DNA of 62,658 nt from Nanobdellota archaeon. Its GTDB lineage: Archaea; Nanobdellota; Nanobdellia; Parvarchaeales; Parvarchaeaceae. The translations under genes were made by a program, and so were the position numbers. A model generated the notes under the pieces. It was not told the origin of the DNA. It ran no database searches and saw nothing but the letters and a program-made list of their open reading frames with translations. The DNA lies in contig JAJZIX010000004.1 in the NCBI GenBank assembly GCA_021810345.1, positions 1 through 62,658 on the forward strand, in the 5' to 3' direction. Shown here in pieces: positions 36,250 to 45,088 of the stretch (position 1 is its first letter; each line of letters opens with the position of its first letter).

Positions 36250-36543
36250 ATGGAACTTAAGATAACCAAGGAGACCAATGACAAGTACTTCGACAGGAAA
36301 GTCATAGAATTCCACATCAAGAAGGAAAACAAGGAGATTGTAAAACTTGAGGATGTGAAAGGCAAGCTAAGGGAGAGATTCCCGGAGGGCACACTCATAG
36401 TATACACTCTAAAGAATGTTTACGGAATGAACGCAGCTAATGGCGTGGCTCATCTGTACAAAGATGAAGCCGTGGCAAAGAAGGTTCTGCAGCCGTTCAT
36501 TCTGAAGAAAAACGGGGTTTTGAATGGAAAAGAAAAAGAATGA
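36250..36543 (+). CDS. rps24e: 30S ribosomal protein S24e
   Basis: 97 aa. [13 protein letters not shown]...[16 protein letters not shown] is S24e-like. Conserved position before S27ae. Confidence 0.9.
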   Translation: MELKITKETNDKYFDRKVIEFHIKKENKEIVKLEDVKGKLRERFPEGTLIVYTLKNVYGMNAANGVAHLYKDEAVAKKVLQPFILKKNGVLNGKEKE

Positions 36544-36718
36544 GCCTTCTGCATCAAGATTTTATAAGATAGAGGACAAAAAAGCTGTGCTAAGCAGGCG
36601 AACGTGCCCCAAGTGCGGTCCGGGTACCTTTCTCGCAGAACACAAGGACAGGTTCAGCTGCGGAAAATGCGGCTATACCGAATTCAAAACAAAGGTTGCC
36701 GAGAAAACCAAAGATTAA
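36524..36718 (+). CDS. rps27ae: 30S ribosomal protein S27ae
   Basis: 64 aa. [26 protein letters not shown] zinc ribbon. Confidence 0.88.
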   Translation: MEKKKNEPSASRFYKIEDKKAVLSRRTCPKCGPGTFLAEHKDRFSCGKCGYTEFKTKVAEKTKD

Positions 36719-36742
36719 AAATCCTGGCTTCTATATTTACTC

Positions 36743-37705
36743 ATGTATATCTTAGGTATAGAGAGCACAGCGCACACTTTTGGCGTCGGCATAGTTAAAG
36801 ATGGAGAGGTAATAGCGAACCAGAGGGACACCCTAAAGCCTGAAAAAGGCGGTATAATACCGAGGGAAGCGGCAGCGCACCACTACAGTTTGGCTCCGGA
36901 GATATTATCAAAAGCCCTCAACGAAGCGGGACTGTCACTCAAAGAGATTGATATGTTCGCTTTCTCCCAGGGCCCGGGTATTTTATCACCTCTGAAAGTC
37001 GGGTACCAGGTCGCGGCGTTTCTCGGAAGCAAATTCGGCAAAAAGGTAGTAGGAGTAAACCACTGCATAGGCCACCTGGAGATAGCAAGGCTTGCCACTG
37101 GGCTTGAAGACCCGGTGATGCTTTACGTCAGCGGTGGCAATACTCAGGTCATAACATTCCAAGAAGGCAGGTATAGGGTGTTCGGGGAAACGCAGGACAT
37201 AGGCATCGGAAACTTGATAGACAAAATCGGCAGGAGGGTGGGTCTCTCATTTCCCGCAGGCCCGAAAATAGAGGAATACGCAAAAAAAGGCAGAAAATAC
37301 ATAAAGATGCCGTACAGCATAAAAGGGATGGACGTGAGCTTCTCCGGCCTCGAAACATTCATATCTCGTATAATAAAGAATGAGAAAATAGAAGACATTG
37401 CATACTCTCTTCAGGAGACCGCATTCTCGATGCTTATAGAAGCAAGCGAGAGGGCTATGGCCTACTGCTCAAAGAGCAGCCTGGTTATAACGGGAGGAGT
37501 CGCTGCAAACTCCAGGCTCAATGAAATGGGCGAGAGAATGTGCCAGCAGAGGGGCGCAGACTTCCGCAGGATACCAATGGAATTTTCTGGAGACAACGGC
37601 GCAATGATCGCGTATGCCGGATACCTTATGCGCGATCAGAGAGCAAAAGACATCATGCCAAAGCCGTACTTCAGGACGGATTCGGTTGACATAGGGTACA
37701 GGTGA
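36743..37705 (+). CDS. kae1: tRNA N6-adenosine threonylcarbamoyltransferase Kae1
   Basis: 320 aa. ILGIESTAHTFGVGIV, VNHCIGHLE (HxxxH), SGGNTQVI, GGVAANSRL. Confidence 0.93.
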   Translation: MYILGIESTAHTFGVGIVKDGEVIANQRDTLKPEKGGIIPREAAAHHYSLAPEILSKALNEAGLSLKEIDMFAFSQGPGILSPLKVGYQVAAFLGSKFGKKVVGVNHCIGHLEIARLATGLEDPVMLYVSGGNTQVITFQEGRYRVFGETQDIGIGNLIDKIGRRVGLSFPAGPKIEEYAKKGRKYIKMPYSIKGMDVSFSGLETFISRIIKNEKIEDIAYSLQETAFSMLIEASERAMAYCSKSSLVITGGVAANSRLNEMGERMCQQRGADFRRIPMEFSGDNGAMIAYAGYLMRDQRAKDIMPKPYFRTDSVDIGYR

Positions 37706-37709
37706 GAAA

Positions 37710-38405
37710 ATGCCGATAAATGCACCGCAGGAATATTACAATTTGGAGGAGGCCTACAGCAAGGAAAAGGACCCGGAGGAGAAGGAGAGGATCCTGAAGA
37801 AAATGCTTGTGGTCCTGCCAAAACATAAGGGAAGCGACAGGGAGTTCGCATCTCTGAAGCGCAGGCTCTCACTGCTTAGAAAGGCATCTAGAAAAGTATC
37901 GCAGAAACACAAGTCCATCTCGATAAGAAAGCAGTGGCCTAGAATCTGCCTTATCGGATATGATCCAAAGGATGTGCTGTCAATGTTCAAGCTTACTCAG
38001 CTTGGCTCGATCTATTATGGCATTGTAAAGTCGTATGAAGTCCCAGTGCAGCTCATATCCATGGACAAGCCGGAGAAAAACAGGGACCTGATTGAGCAGG
38101 CTGATGCGATTCTCTCCAGATACAGGATAGACATGCCAAACAAAAAAGTGGTGGTATCGGATGAGCCGAACCTGGCACAGGCGATAAAATTATGCGGAGC
38201 TATAGGTATATTCACTGAAAAGTCTGACGATGTACTGGCCATGAAGGAGGGCGACACTGTTTTCACCCTAGCGAAAAGGCTGCATATGGAAGTCGGCAAA
38301 AATGCTTATGCTCTGGTATACGGCAAAAACGTAAAATTCCAGGGGCAGCGCGTAAGCATGAACTATCGGCTGAACGATGGGGATAGGGTGTTCATAAAGA
38401 CATGA
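37710..38405 (+). CDS. DRG/Rbg-family homologue with degenerate G domain plus TGS domain (pseudo-GTPase)
   Basis: 231 aa. DRG-like N-terminal helix (HKGSDREFASLKRRLSLLRK). In the G1 position ICLIGYDPKDVLS replaces V.LVGFPSVGKS. C-terminal TGS (GDTVFTLAKRLH...YGKNVKFQGQRVSMNYRLNDGDRVFI). Confidence 0.65.
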   Translation: MPINAPQEYYNLEEAYSKEKDPEEKERILKKMLVVLPKHKGSDREFASLKRRLSLLRKASRKVSQKHKSISIRKQWPRICLIGYDPKDVLSMFKLTQLGSIYYGIVKSYEVPVQLISMDKPEKNRDLIEQADAILSRYRIDMPNKKVVVSDEPNLAQAIKLCGAIGIFTEKSDDVLAMKEGDTVFTLAKRLHMEVGKNAYALVYGKNVKFQGQRVSMNYRLNDGDRVFIKT

Positions 38406-38998
38406 AAATGATAGCTCTCGGCTCGGAGGCGGCGATATACGATGCAGGAGACTGCATTATAAAGCGCCGAATAAAGAAGAACTACAGAATAGGTGAGATA
38501 GATTCGTCCCTGCGCAGATCTCGCACTTTGAGGGAATTCAAGATCTTGTCTAAGTGCTATTCTGCCGGGTTCAAGGTACCCAAACCACTGTCGGTTTCTG
38601 ACAGTACATACACGATAAAGATGGAGAAGATATCCGGTTTGCAGCTGGATAGCTGCTTTGACATTGATTTTATCGAGAGGATAAGCAGAGAAATCGCCGG
38701 GATCCACAAACTTGGCGTAATACACGGTGATTTGACCACAGCAAACATGATAGCCGAGGGCAAAGAAGTTTACATAATAGATTTCGGTCTCGGTTACTTC
38801 TCGCTGAAACCAGAGGACAGGGCATCTGACCTTTTCCTGATGAAAAACGCGCTTATCTCACGCCACCCAAAGAAAGCGGCAGAGGCTCACAGGCTGCTTT
38901 TAAAAGCCTACGAAAAAAGCATGGGAAAAGAATTTAAAGAGATAGAGACTCATCTTAAAGATATAGAAAAGAGGAGACGTTATCATGAAAGTAGTTAA
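38402..38998 (+). CDS. bud32: KEOPS kinase/ATPase Bud32
   Basis: 198 aa. GSEAAIY, IKRRIKKNYR, HGDLTTANMI, IIDFGL. Confidence 0.88.
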   Translation: MKMIALGSEAAIYDAGDCIIKRRIKKNYRIGEIDSSLRRSRTLREFKILSKCYSAGFKVPKPLSVSDSTYTIKMEKISGLQLDSCFDIDFIERISREIAGIHKLGVIHGDLTTANMIAEGKEVYIIDFGLGYFSLKPEDRASDLFLMKNALISRHPKKAAEAHRLLLKAYEKSMGKEFKEIETHLKDIEKRRRYHESS

Positions 38999-39410
38999 GA
39001 TAAAAAATAGGTTTGTGCCGCACTGGCTGAGTTATAAGCCAGACGAGGTCGAGAAAATAATAATAAACAAGTACAACAAAGGCCTCACAAAGTCGCAAAT
39101 AGGCCTTGTTTTGCGGGATCAGTACGGTATACCATCGGTCAAGGACCTGACAGGCAAAAACATAAACAAAATACTGAAAGAACACGAGATAAACGAAGCA
39201 CTGCCGGAGGACCTGGTTGCGCTCTATAGGAAAGCGGTAAAACTCCATATGCACATAGACCGCGGGAAGAAAGACAGCCACTCCGTAAGAAGCCTCGTCG
39301 TGCTTGAGAACAAGATAAAAAGGCTGATAAACTATTACAAAGCGGCGAAGAAGCTCCCATCCGACTACTCATATTCGCTCGAGGCAGCAAGGTTGGTGGT
39401 CAAGATATGA
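38985..39410 (+). CDS. rps15: 30S ribosomal protein S15 (S13e)
   Basis: 141 aa. SQIGLVLRDQYGIPSVKDLTGK and LE.KI.RL..YY signatures. Confidence 0.9.
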   Translation: MKVVKIKNRFVPHWLSYKPDEVEKIIINKYNKGLTKSQIGLVLRDQYGIPSVKDLTGKNINKILKEHEINEALPEDLVALYRKAVKLHMHIDRGKKDSHSVRSLVVLENKIKRLINYYKAAKKLPSDYSYSLEAARLVVKI

Positions 39411-39940
39411 AGCTTGAGAGCTCGTGGTACAAGGTTACGGCTATCGATTTCGGCGACGCTGAGATGGGCGAATCATACGGGAATTCTGATAATATGATCA
39501 ACAGGAGACTGGTGGTAAACGCATCGGATATAAAGGACGTCAAGTCCAAGCCAGGCTATAAGGTCACGTTCAACGTGGATTCCGTCTCGGGCGACAATGC
39601 AAAGGCTTCCATCCTTTCTTTAATTATGCCCCGGGATCATATAAGCAGGTTAATGCGTCACAAGATCGCGAAAATAGACGTCACGGTAAAAACCAGCCTT
39701 GGCGGCAAAAAATACGCGATAAAGGTGATAGCCATAGTCAACAAGGCAGAAAACAAGTACAAAACTGCCATCAGGAAGGAGATAGATGCTTTCATAAAGA
39801 AAGAAACAGAAAACAAGGAGCTCAAAGAGGTCATGCTGGATGCAATGGGAAACAAGCTGCAGAACCCCCTCCACAAAGCACTTAACAAGATATACCCCAC
39901 CAAAGCAGTGGAGATAAGAATGATCGAGCCGTCCAAATAA
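39407..39940 (+). CDS. rps3ae: 30S ribosomal protein S3Ae (S1e)
   Basis: 177 aa. WYKVTAIDFGDAEMGES...INRRLVVNASDI matches the S3Ae N-terminus. Shorter than typical. Confidence 0.8.
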   Translation: MKLESSWYKVTAIDFGDAEMGESYGNSDNMINRRLVVNASDIKDVKSKPGYKVTFNVDSVSGDNAKASILSLIMPRDHISRLMRHKIAKIDVTVKTSLGGKKYAIKVIAIVNKAENKYKTAIRKEIDAFIKKETENKELKEVMLDAMGNKLQNPLHKALNKIYPTKAVEIRMIEPSK

Positions 39941-39957
39941 CCCACAAAATTAAACAG

Positions 39958-40030
39958 TGGACTCGACGGGATTTGAACCCGTAGTCTCTCCCATGCCATG
40001 GGAGCGCGTTGCCAATTGCGCCACGAGCCC
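39958..40030 (-). tRNA. tRNA-Ala (anticodon GGC)
   Basis: Reverse complement GGGCTCG...CGAGTCCA with G3:U70. Anticodon stem CTCCC/GGGAG with loop ATGGCAT. T-arm ACGGG-TTCAAAT-CCCGT. No encoded CCA. Confidence 0.9.
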
Positions 40031-40049
40031 TACGATGAATACAGTACTC

Positions 40050-41327
40050 TTACCGATGTATATACCTATTATACCTTTTGATAGTATAATCTATCCTTCT
40101 TAGTTCATTTCTAGCGTTTTTAAGCTCCTTGCTAGATAATACTCCTGAGTTTATTGAGTTAACTAATTCCTCGCGCCTATGTGACAGGCCTTGTACCTCT
40201 AGATCATTTTGAGTATTGGGGTCTAATTTTAGATCTTTGTCTACCGGAGATTTAGGCGTAAACCATAAGGGAGGTTTTAATCTTCTATCATACGCACTTG
40301 TCGGACCTGATTTAGCCTCTTTTCCTGAGGGTTGCTGTGGGGGCGAGCTAACCTCTTTTGATTGGGGCAGAGCAATTGTATGGTCGGACGGAAGCACCTT
40401 TTCTCCCCTCCCTCTTAGTACTCTTATACCTCTTTCTTTGGCTTCCTTTTCAGATATGTAGGGGAGTGCTTTAAGCCCCTTCGGCGCAGGAAGGGCCTTC
40501 TGGTTGGATAATCTATTATGAGCGAATTTCTTTCCTTGTGACCTCTCGGGAGTTTCCATATCAAATTGTGGAGTGTATCTCCCGACCCTCCAGATAAGGA
40601 AGACCACAATTATGAAAGCGACGGCAAGTAGCCCCAGAACCAAAGGCGTAAAGAGTACAAAAACGAATCCTGGGATAAACATCGAGGAAAAAAATATTAA
40701 AAGGAACACCAACAGCATCTTCACTCCTAAGTTCCTGGACCTGGCCATTGCTCTGATAAGCGCATAAATTATGCTAAGTATTATTCCAGCATCCATTGCA
40801 AACAACAAAAATGGAAGAACATTGAAATGTAACGTTGAGCTCAGCCAATTTGCAGCAGGGGGGTAATTCTCAAGAAAAAGAACCGCAGACACAAGCAGCA
40901 ATATTAGAGATAATATCCTTCTCGTTGGAGACGTCCTTGACCAGCGTGAGAATATCAAAAACAGCAACAATATAGAAGCAAAGGCCAGGAACCCTATATT
41001 CAGCAAGGTACCTATCAACGCAGGATTTGTGAGGAAGAATATGAATGTGATTGCGCCGAAAAGCAGAGAAATGGCAGTACTGCCACCGGACAGAACGGTG
41101 CCTTTAAGTGCGTAATTGAGCACAAAGAACACTATCGCAGCGAACAGGGCTGCATAAGCATACAGGTTCGTGCTGTTGATGTTGAATGGCCCAAGCAGGT
41201 TTTGGGCAAGCGGCTCACTTCCTGTAACCGGGATAGATGGGGAAGGCAAAGCGAAAGACTGGCCAAGGCCTGTAAGTATCAGCCCAAACAGCACAGAAAG
41301 CAGCAGCAAATGCAACTTGTTAACCAT
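40050..41327 (-). CDS. Polytopic membrane protein with a long basic C-terminal tail, unknown function
   Basis: 425 aa. Signal-like N-terminus, about 8 TM helices, and a Lys/Arg/Pro-rich tail of about 170 aa ending in a coiled coil. Confidence 0.6.
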   Translation of the reverse strand: MVNKLHLLLLSVLFGLILTGLGQSFALPSPSIPVTGSEPLAQNLLGPFNINSTNLYAYAALFAAIVFFVLNYALKGTVLSGGSTAISLLFGAITFIFFLTNPALIGTLLNIGFLAFASILLLFLIFSRWSRTSPTRRILSLILLLVSAVLFLENYPPAANWLSSTLHFNVLPFLLFAMDAGIILSIIYALIRAMARSRNLGVKMLLVFLLIFFSSMFIPGFVFVLFTPLVLGLLAVAFIIVVFLIWRVGRYTPQFDMETPERSQGKKFAHNRLSNQKALPAPKGLKALPYISEKEAKERGIRVLRGRGEKVLPSDHTIALPQSKEVSSPPQQPSGKEAKSGPTSAYDRRLKPPLWFTPKSPVDKDLKLDPNTQNDLEVQGLSHRREELVNSINSGVLSSKELKNARNELRRIDYTIKRYNRYIHR

Positions 41328-41476
41328 TAATATGATTATCCGTTGTGATATTTAAGATTATATTATACAAACTCTGAGGAAAGGAAAACTATAAATCAAT
41401 GCAAATCAATTATGAGGATATGCTTAAAGCATGCAAATTTAAACACAACGGGCCTAAATAGGTTTGCTGATCAGAT

Positions 41477-41695
41477 ATGAAAAACCAGGAGAACCCAAGC
41501 AAGAAAAAACCTGCCCTTAAAAGGGTGGAATTGGAGATCGAAGAAGAAGAGACGGAATTCGGCGACATAAAATGCCCGAAATGCGGCCAGAAGAAGGTGG
41601 ATTCATGGACTCAGCAGACGCGTGCGTCCGATGAGCCGCCTACTACATTTTACAAGTGCAGGAACTGCCACTATTCCTGGAGAGAGTACGGTTAA
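41477..41695 (+). CDS. TFS/RpoM-like protein with only the C-terminal TFIIS-type zinc ribbon
   Basis: 72 aa. CPKCG...QQTRASDEPPTTFYKCRNCHYSWRE matches TFIIS domain III, including the acidic DE hairpin. The N-terminal ribbon is replaced by a charged tail. Confidence 0.75.
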   Translation: MKNQENPSKKKPALKRVELEIEEEETEFGDIKCPKCGQKKVDSWTQQTRASDEPPTTFYKCRNCHYSWREYG

Positions 41696-41697
41696 AT

Positions 41698-42693
41698 GTG
41701 GAAGAGACAGACTTGGTAATAGTCGGCGCCGGACCTACTGGGCTTTTCGCTACGTTCTGTGCTGGCCTTAGAGAGATAAACTCTGTCACGCTCGAAGTAT
41801 CCGGCACGTACGGCGGACAGATAACTGAGCTTTACCCGCAGAAGATAGTATACGACATGCCGGGTATACTTAAGATAAAAGGAGCTGACCTGTCAAAGCA
41901 GATGTATGAACAGGCAGTGCTACTGAACAAAAAGATCCTGTTCAATTCCGGAGTCACTGATATAATCCCGACAGACGACAGGCAATTTATAATCGAAGTA
42001 AACGGCAAGCAGACGTACAAAACAAAGGCAGTCTTGCTGTGCCCCGGGATAGGCCGCTTCGAGCCTAACAAGCTAAACGTGGAAGGAGAAGACAGGTATA
42101 AGGATAAAGGAGTCTTCTACTCCGTCAAAGACCCAAGTGATTTCAAAGGTAAAAAAACGCTGATAGTAGGAGGAGGCGACTCCGCATTTGACTATGCAAA
42201 CCAGATAGTTGATGTCTCCGCAGGTGTAGTTATAGCCCAGCACAACAACGTACTGAAAGCGGCCGAAGAAGTGGTGGATAACACAAAAAAGAACAGCAAA
42301 GTGGAGATAAAGCTCAACACAGTGGTCATCGGCATATACGGAGACGACAATTCGGTTAAAAGCGTAAAGCTGAAGGATGTTGCTTCTGGGAAAGAGTACT
42401 CGCAGGACTTCGATGCAGTTGTGATCGCGGCTGGTCAGAAAACCAATCCTAACATGTTCAAGTCGCTGAAGCTGGATAACGATGGCAGATACGTAAAAAC
42501 CGACAACAATTACAAGACAAGCATGGACGGCATATACGCAGCGGGTGACGCTGCTAATGTAAGAAATGAGCCTAGATTTGCGTTGCTAGCGGTCGGAACA
42601 GCCGAAGCTTACATAGCCATAAACAACATAAAGAAGTACGTTTCGCCCTCCTCCGGCCTGTTTGGAGAGCACAGCAGCAACATGAAACTATGA
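41698..42693 (+). CDS. Ferredoxin--NADP+ reductase, TrxR-like type (YumC family)
   Basis: VIVGAGPTGLFA, GGQITELYPQKIVYDMPG, GGGDSAFD, AAGDAA. No redox CxxC, so not thioredoxin reductase. GTG start at 41698 chosen because it directly follows the upstream stop. The track ATG at 41656 would overlap by 40 nt. Confidence 0.82.
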   Translation: MEETDLVIVGAGPTGLFATFCAGLREINSVTLEVSGTYGGQITELYPQKIVYDMPGILKIKGADLSKQMYEQAVLLNKKILFNSGVTDIIPTDDRQFIIEVNGKQTYKTKAVLLCPGIGRFEPNKLNVEGEDRYKDKGVFYSVKDPSDFKGKKTLIVGGGDSAFDYANQIVDVSAGVVIAQHNNVLKAAEEVVDNTKKNSKVEIKLNTVVIGIYGDDNSVKSVKLKDVASGKEYSQDFDAVVIAAGQKTNPNMFKSLKLDNDGRYVKTDNNYKTSMDGIYAAGDAANVRNEPRFALLAVGTAEAYIAINNIKKYVSPSSGLFGEHSSNMKL

Positions 42694-43538
42694 TACGAGT
42701 AAACATTGACCAGAAGGTACTAAAGAAAGTCTATAAAAGGAGGGAACCCTGGTCGCATAAAGGGGACTTTGGAAAGCTCCTCATAATCGGCGGATCCAAC
42801 GACTATCCCGGCTCTCCTGGACTGGTGGCGATGTCGGCCTTGAGAAGCGGATGCGATTCTGCGCGGATAATGGCCCCCAGGAGATCAGCCGACATATGTG
42901 CTTCTTTCTCGCCGGAGATTATGTCCACGCCACTTGGAAACGAACTCGGGGCTGCTGACTTCGACGGCATAAAAGCAATGTCAGAATGGTCCACAGCGGT
43001 TTCCCTCGGAAACGGACTGGGCGTCAGCAGCGAAAAAAAGGAGCTTGTAAACATGCTGGCAGAAAAAATAAAGAAGAAGATGGTGATTGATGCCGATGCA
43101 CTGAAGATGCTAAACAAGGAAAACCTGAACAGGGGTATCCTGATAACGCCGAATTCCAACGAATTTGAGGTCCTGTTCGGGATCAAACTCAGCACATCGC
43201 TTGATGAGAGGACAAAAGCAGCAGAATCAATGGCAAGAGAGTATGGCACAACTATCCTGCTGAAAGGCCATGTCGATGTGATATCAGACGGCAATGAGAC
43301 ATTCATAAACAAGGTCAACAGCATTTACATGACAAAGGCCGGGACAGGTGACACCCTTGCAGGGATCTGCGCTGGGTTAGTTGCACAGAAAAATCAGATC
43401 GTCGATTCGGCATGCGCAGCTGCGTTCATAAACGGATATTCAGGCAAGACAGCAGCCAGATACAAAAAAGAATCGCTGTCCGTTATGGACATAGTCAATG
43501 AGATAGGCAGCACAATAACAAAATTCAGGTCCAGCTAA
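42690..43538 (+). CDS. nnrD: ADP-dependent NAD(P)H-hydrate dehydratase (YjeF C-terminal type)
   Basis: 282 aa. HKGDFGKLLIIGGS..YPG.PGL.AMSALRSGCD, DADAL, GTGDTLAGI. Confidence 0.85.
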   Translation: MIRVNIDQKVLKKVYKRREPWSHKGDFGKLLIIGGSNDYPGSPGLVAMSALRSGCDSARIMAPRRSADICASFSPEIMSTPLGNELGAADFDGIKAMSEWSTAVSLGNGLGVSSEKKELVNMLAEKIKKKMVIDADALKMLNKENLNRGILITPNSNEFEVLFGIKLSTSLDERTKAAESMAREYGTTILLKGHVDVISDGNETFINKVNSIYMTKAGTGDTLAGICAGLVAQKNQIVDSACAAAFINGYSGKTAARYKKESLSVMDIVNEIGSTITKFRSS

Positions 43539-45025
43539 GCCTCGAATGACTTCTTCAGCTCCTGAAATGACTGGGACTGCATTGCCTGGATTATCTTATC
43601 AAGATCCGAGAGCTTTATCCTGAACTGGCCCATTGAATCCCTATCCCTTACAGTGGCGGTGTTATCCTCCAAAGTTTGGTAATCCAGGGTTATCGAAATT
43701 GGTACACCTATCTCATCGGCTTTCCTATACCTCTTGCCGATGCTGCCGCTCTCCAGGTAGTAAATATCATTCCTGTATGCAGAACCGGAGAAGGCCGAGA
43801 ACGACAGGACATCCAGATTATCCTTTGACACGAGCGGGAAAACCGCCGCCTTATAAGGGGAGACAGTACCATTCAGCGCAAACCATTCTCTCTCGCTGTC
43901 TTTTTTCATTGTTGTGTAAAGCAGAAGGTAGAACAGCCTGTCGGTTCCTGCGGAGATCTCGAATATCCTGGGGATTTTTCCATCTACTTCGGGGACGTCT
44001 GCCCCTGCTTTTGAATAGGCTTTTAGATCGTAGTCGCCCCTCTCATTGCAGGACATGAGCTCGACCCATGTGCTTCCCTTTTTCACCTCGACGTCAAAGG
44101 ATTCCTTAGAATAGAATGCTTTCTCCTCGTAAAGCTTCCTGTATCTTACAAGCTCCGGATCAAACCCCAAGTTTAGGAGAAACGACTGAACCACTGATAT
44201 TGAGTAAGCCGCGACATTCGTGGTTATGAATCCGCTGCCGATGGCCTCCGAAACCTTCATTTTCTTGGACTCGTCGGTTTTTGTATCATAGAAATTGGCT
44301 TCAAGGTCTGCTATCGGCTTGAAATCATCATCAAGGAAAAATATCTCTATGTCATTCTGGTAGAACTCGCGCTGCCTCAGCAGACTGTTTCTTGGCGAGA
44401 TCTCATTCCTGAAGGCCTTTCCCACCTGCGCAATTATCAATGGCAGCTTCTTGCCATACAGAGAGAACAGTCTCTTGAAATCGAGGAATATCGACTGGCA
44501 TGCCTCTGGCCTAAGATACGCATTTATGCCCTCATCCTGGTCAAAGCCTGTCTTGAGCCCGAACATTGTGCCGACCCTCTTTATTTCAGACAGCTCCCCC
44601 CCGCATTTGGCGCATTTTATCTTGCTTTCTTTAAGAAGCGCAAGGTACTCGCTGTCGGATAAGCCACCGTAGCTCTTACCGGGATTTTTCTCCTCCAGCA
44701 GCTTGTCCACTCTGTAAGTCGATCGGCATTTCGAACAGACAACTGCCACATCGAAGAAGCTGTCCTCGTGACCTGATGCCTGGAGGACTTTTCTTGGCAG
44801 GATTACGCTGCCAGATACTTCGACTGCACCTATCGCATCCAGTGTCCTGCGCCACTGACTGACTATGTTGTTGAATATCTTCAGCCCTATTGGGCCGTAA
44901 TCCCAGAAACCAGCCTGGCTGGAACTGAATATCTCGGCCGATCCAAAAAATAGTCCTCTCGATAGGGCTATCTTGACTATCTCCTCATCTACATTCATTC
45001 CATCTGGAGTTGAGTTGTTATCCAT
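43535..45025 (-). CDS. glyS: Glycine--tRNA ligase (archaeal/eukaryotic type)
   Basis: 496 aa. GFWDYGPIGLKI, QASGHEDSFFD, FRNEISPRNSLLRQREF. C-terminal GSIGKRYRKADEIGVPISITLD...TVRDRDSMGQFR. Confidence 0.9.
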   Translation of the reverse strand: MDNNSTPDGMNVDEEIVKIALSRGLFFGSAEIFSSSQAGFWDYGPIGLKIFNNIVSQWRRTLDAIGAVEVSGSVILPRKVLQASGHEDSFFDVAVVCSKCRSTYRVDKLLEEKNPGKSYGGLSDSEYLALLKESKIKCAKCGGELSEIKRVGTMFGLKTGFDQDEGINAYLRPEACQSIFLDFKRLFSLYGKKLPLIIAQVGKAFRNEISPRNSLLRQREFYQNDIEIFFLDDDFKPIADLEANFYDTKTDESKKMKVSEAIGSGFITTNVAAYSISVVQSFLLNLGFDPELVRYRKLYEEKAFYSKESFDVEVKKGSTWVELMSCNERGDYDLKAYSKAGADVPEVDGKIPRIFEISAGTDRLFYLLLYTTMKKDSEREWFALNGTVSPYKAAVFPLVSKDNLDVLSFSAFSGSAYRNDIYYLESGSIGKRYRKADEIGVPISITLDYQTLEDNTATVRDRDSMGQFRIKLSDLDKIIQAMQSQSFQELKKSFEA

Positions 45026-45088
45026 CTAAATCTAAGTTGATTTTATCTTAAATAGTTGAGCTGGTGAGAAAGTGCAGCCAGATTGGCT

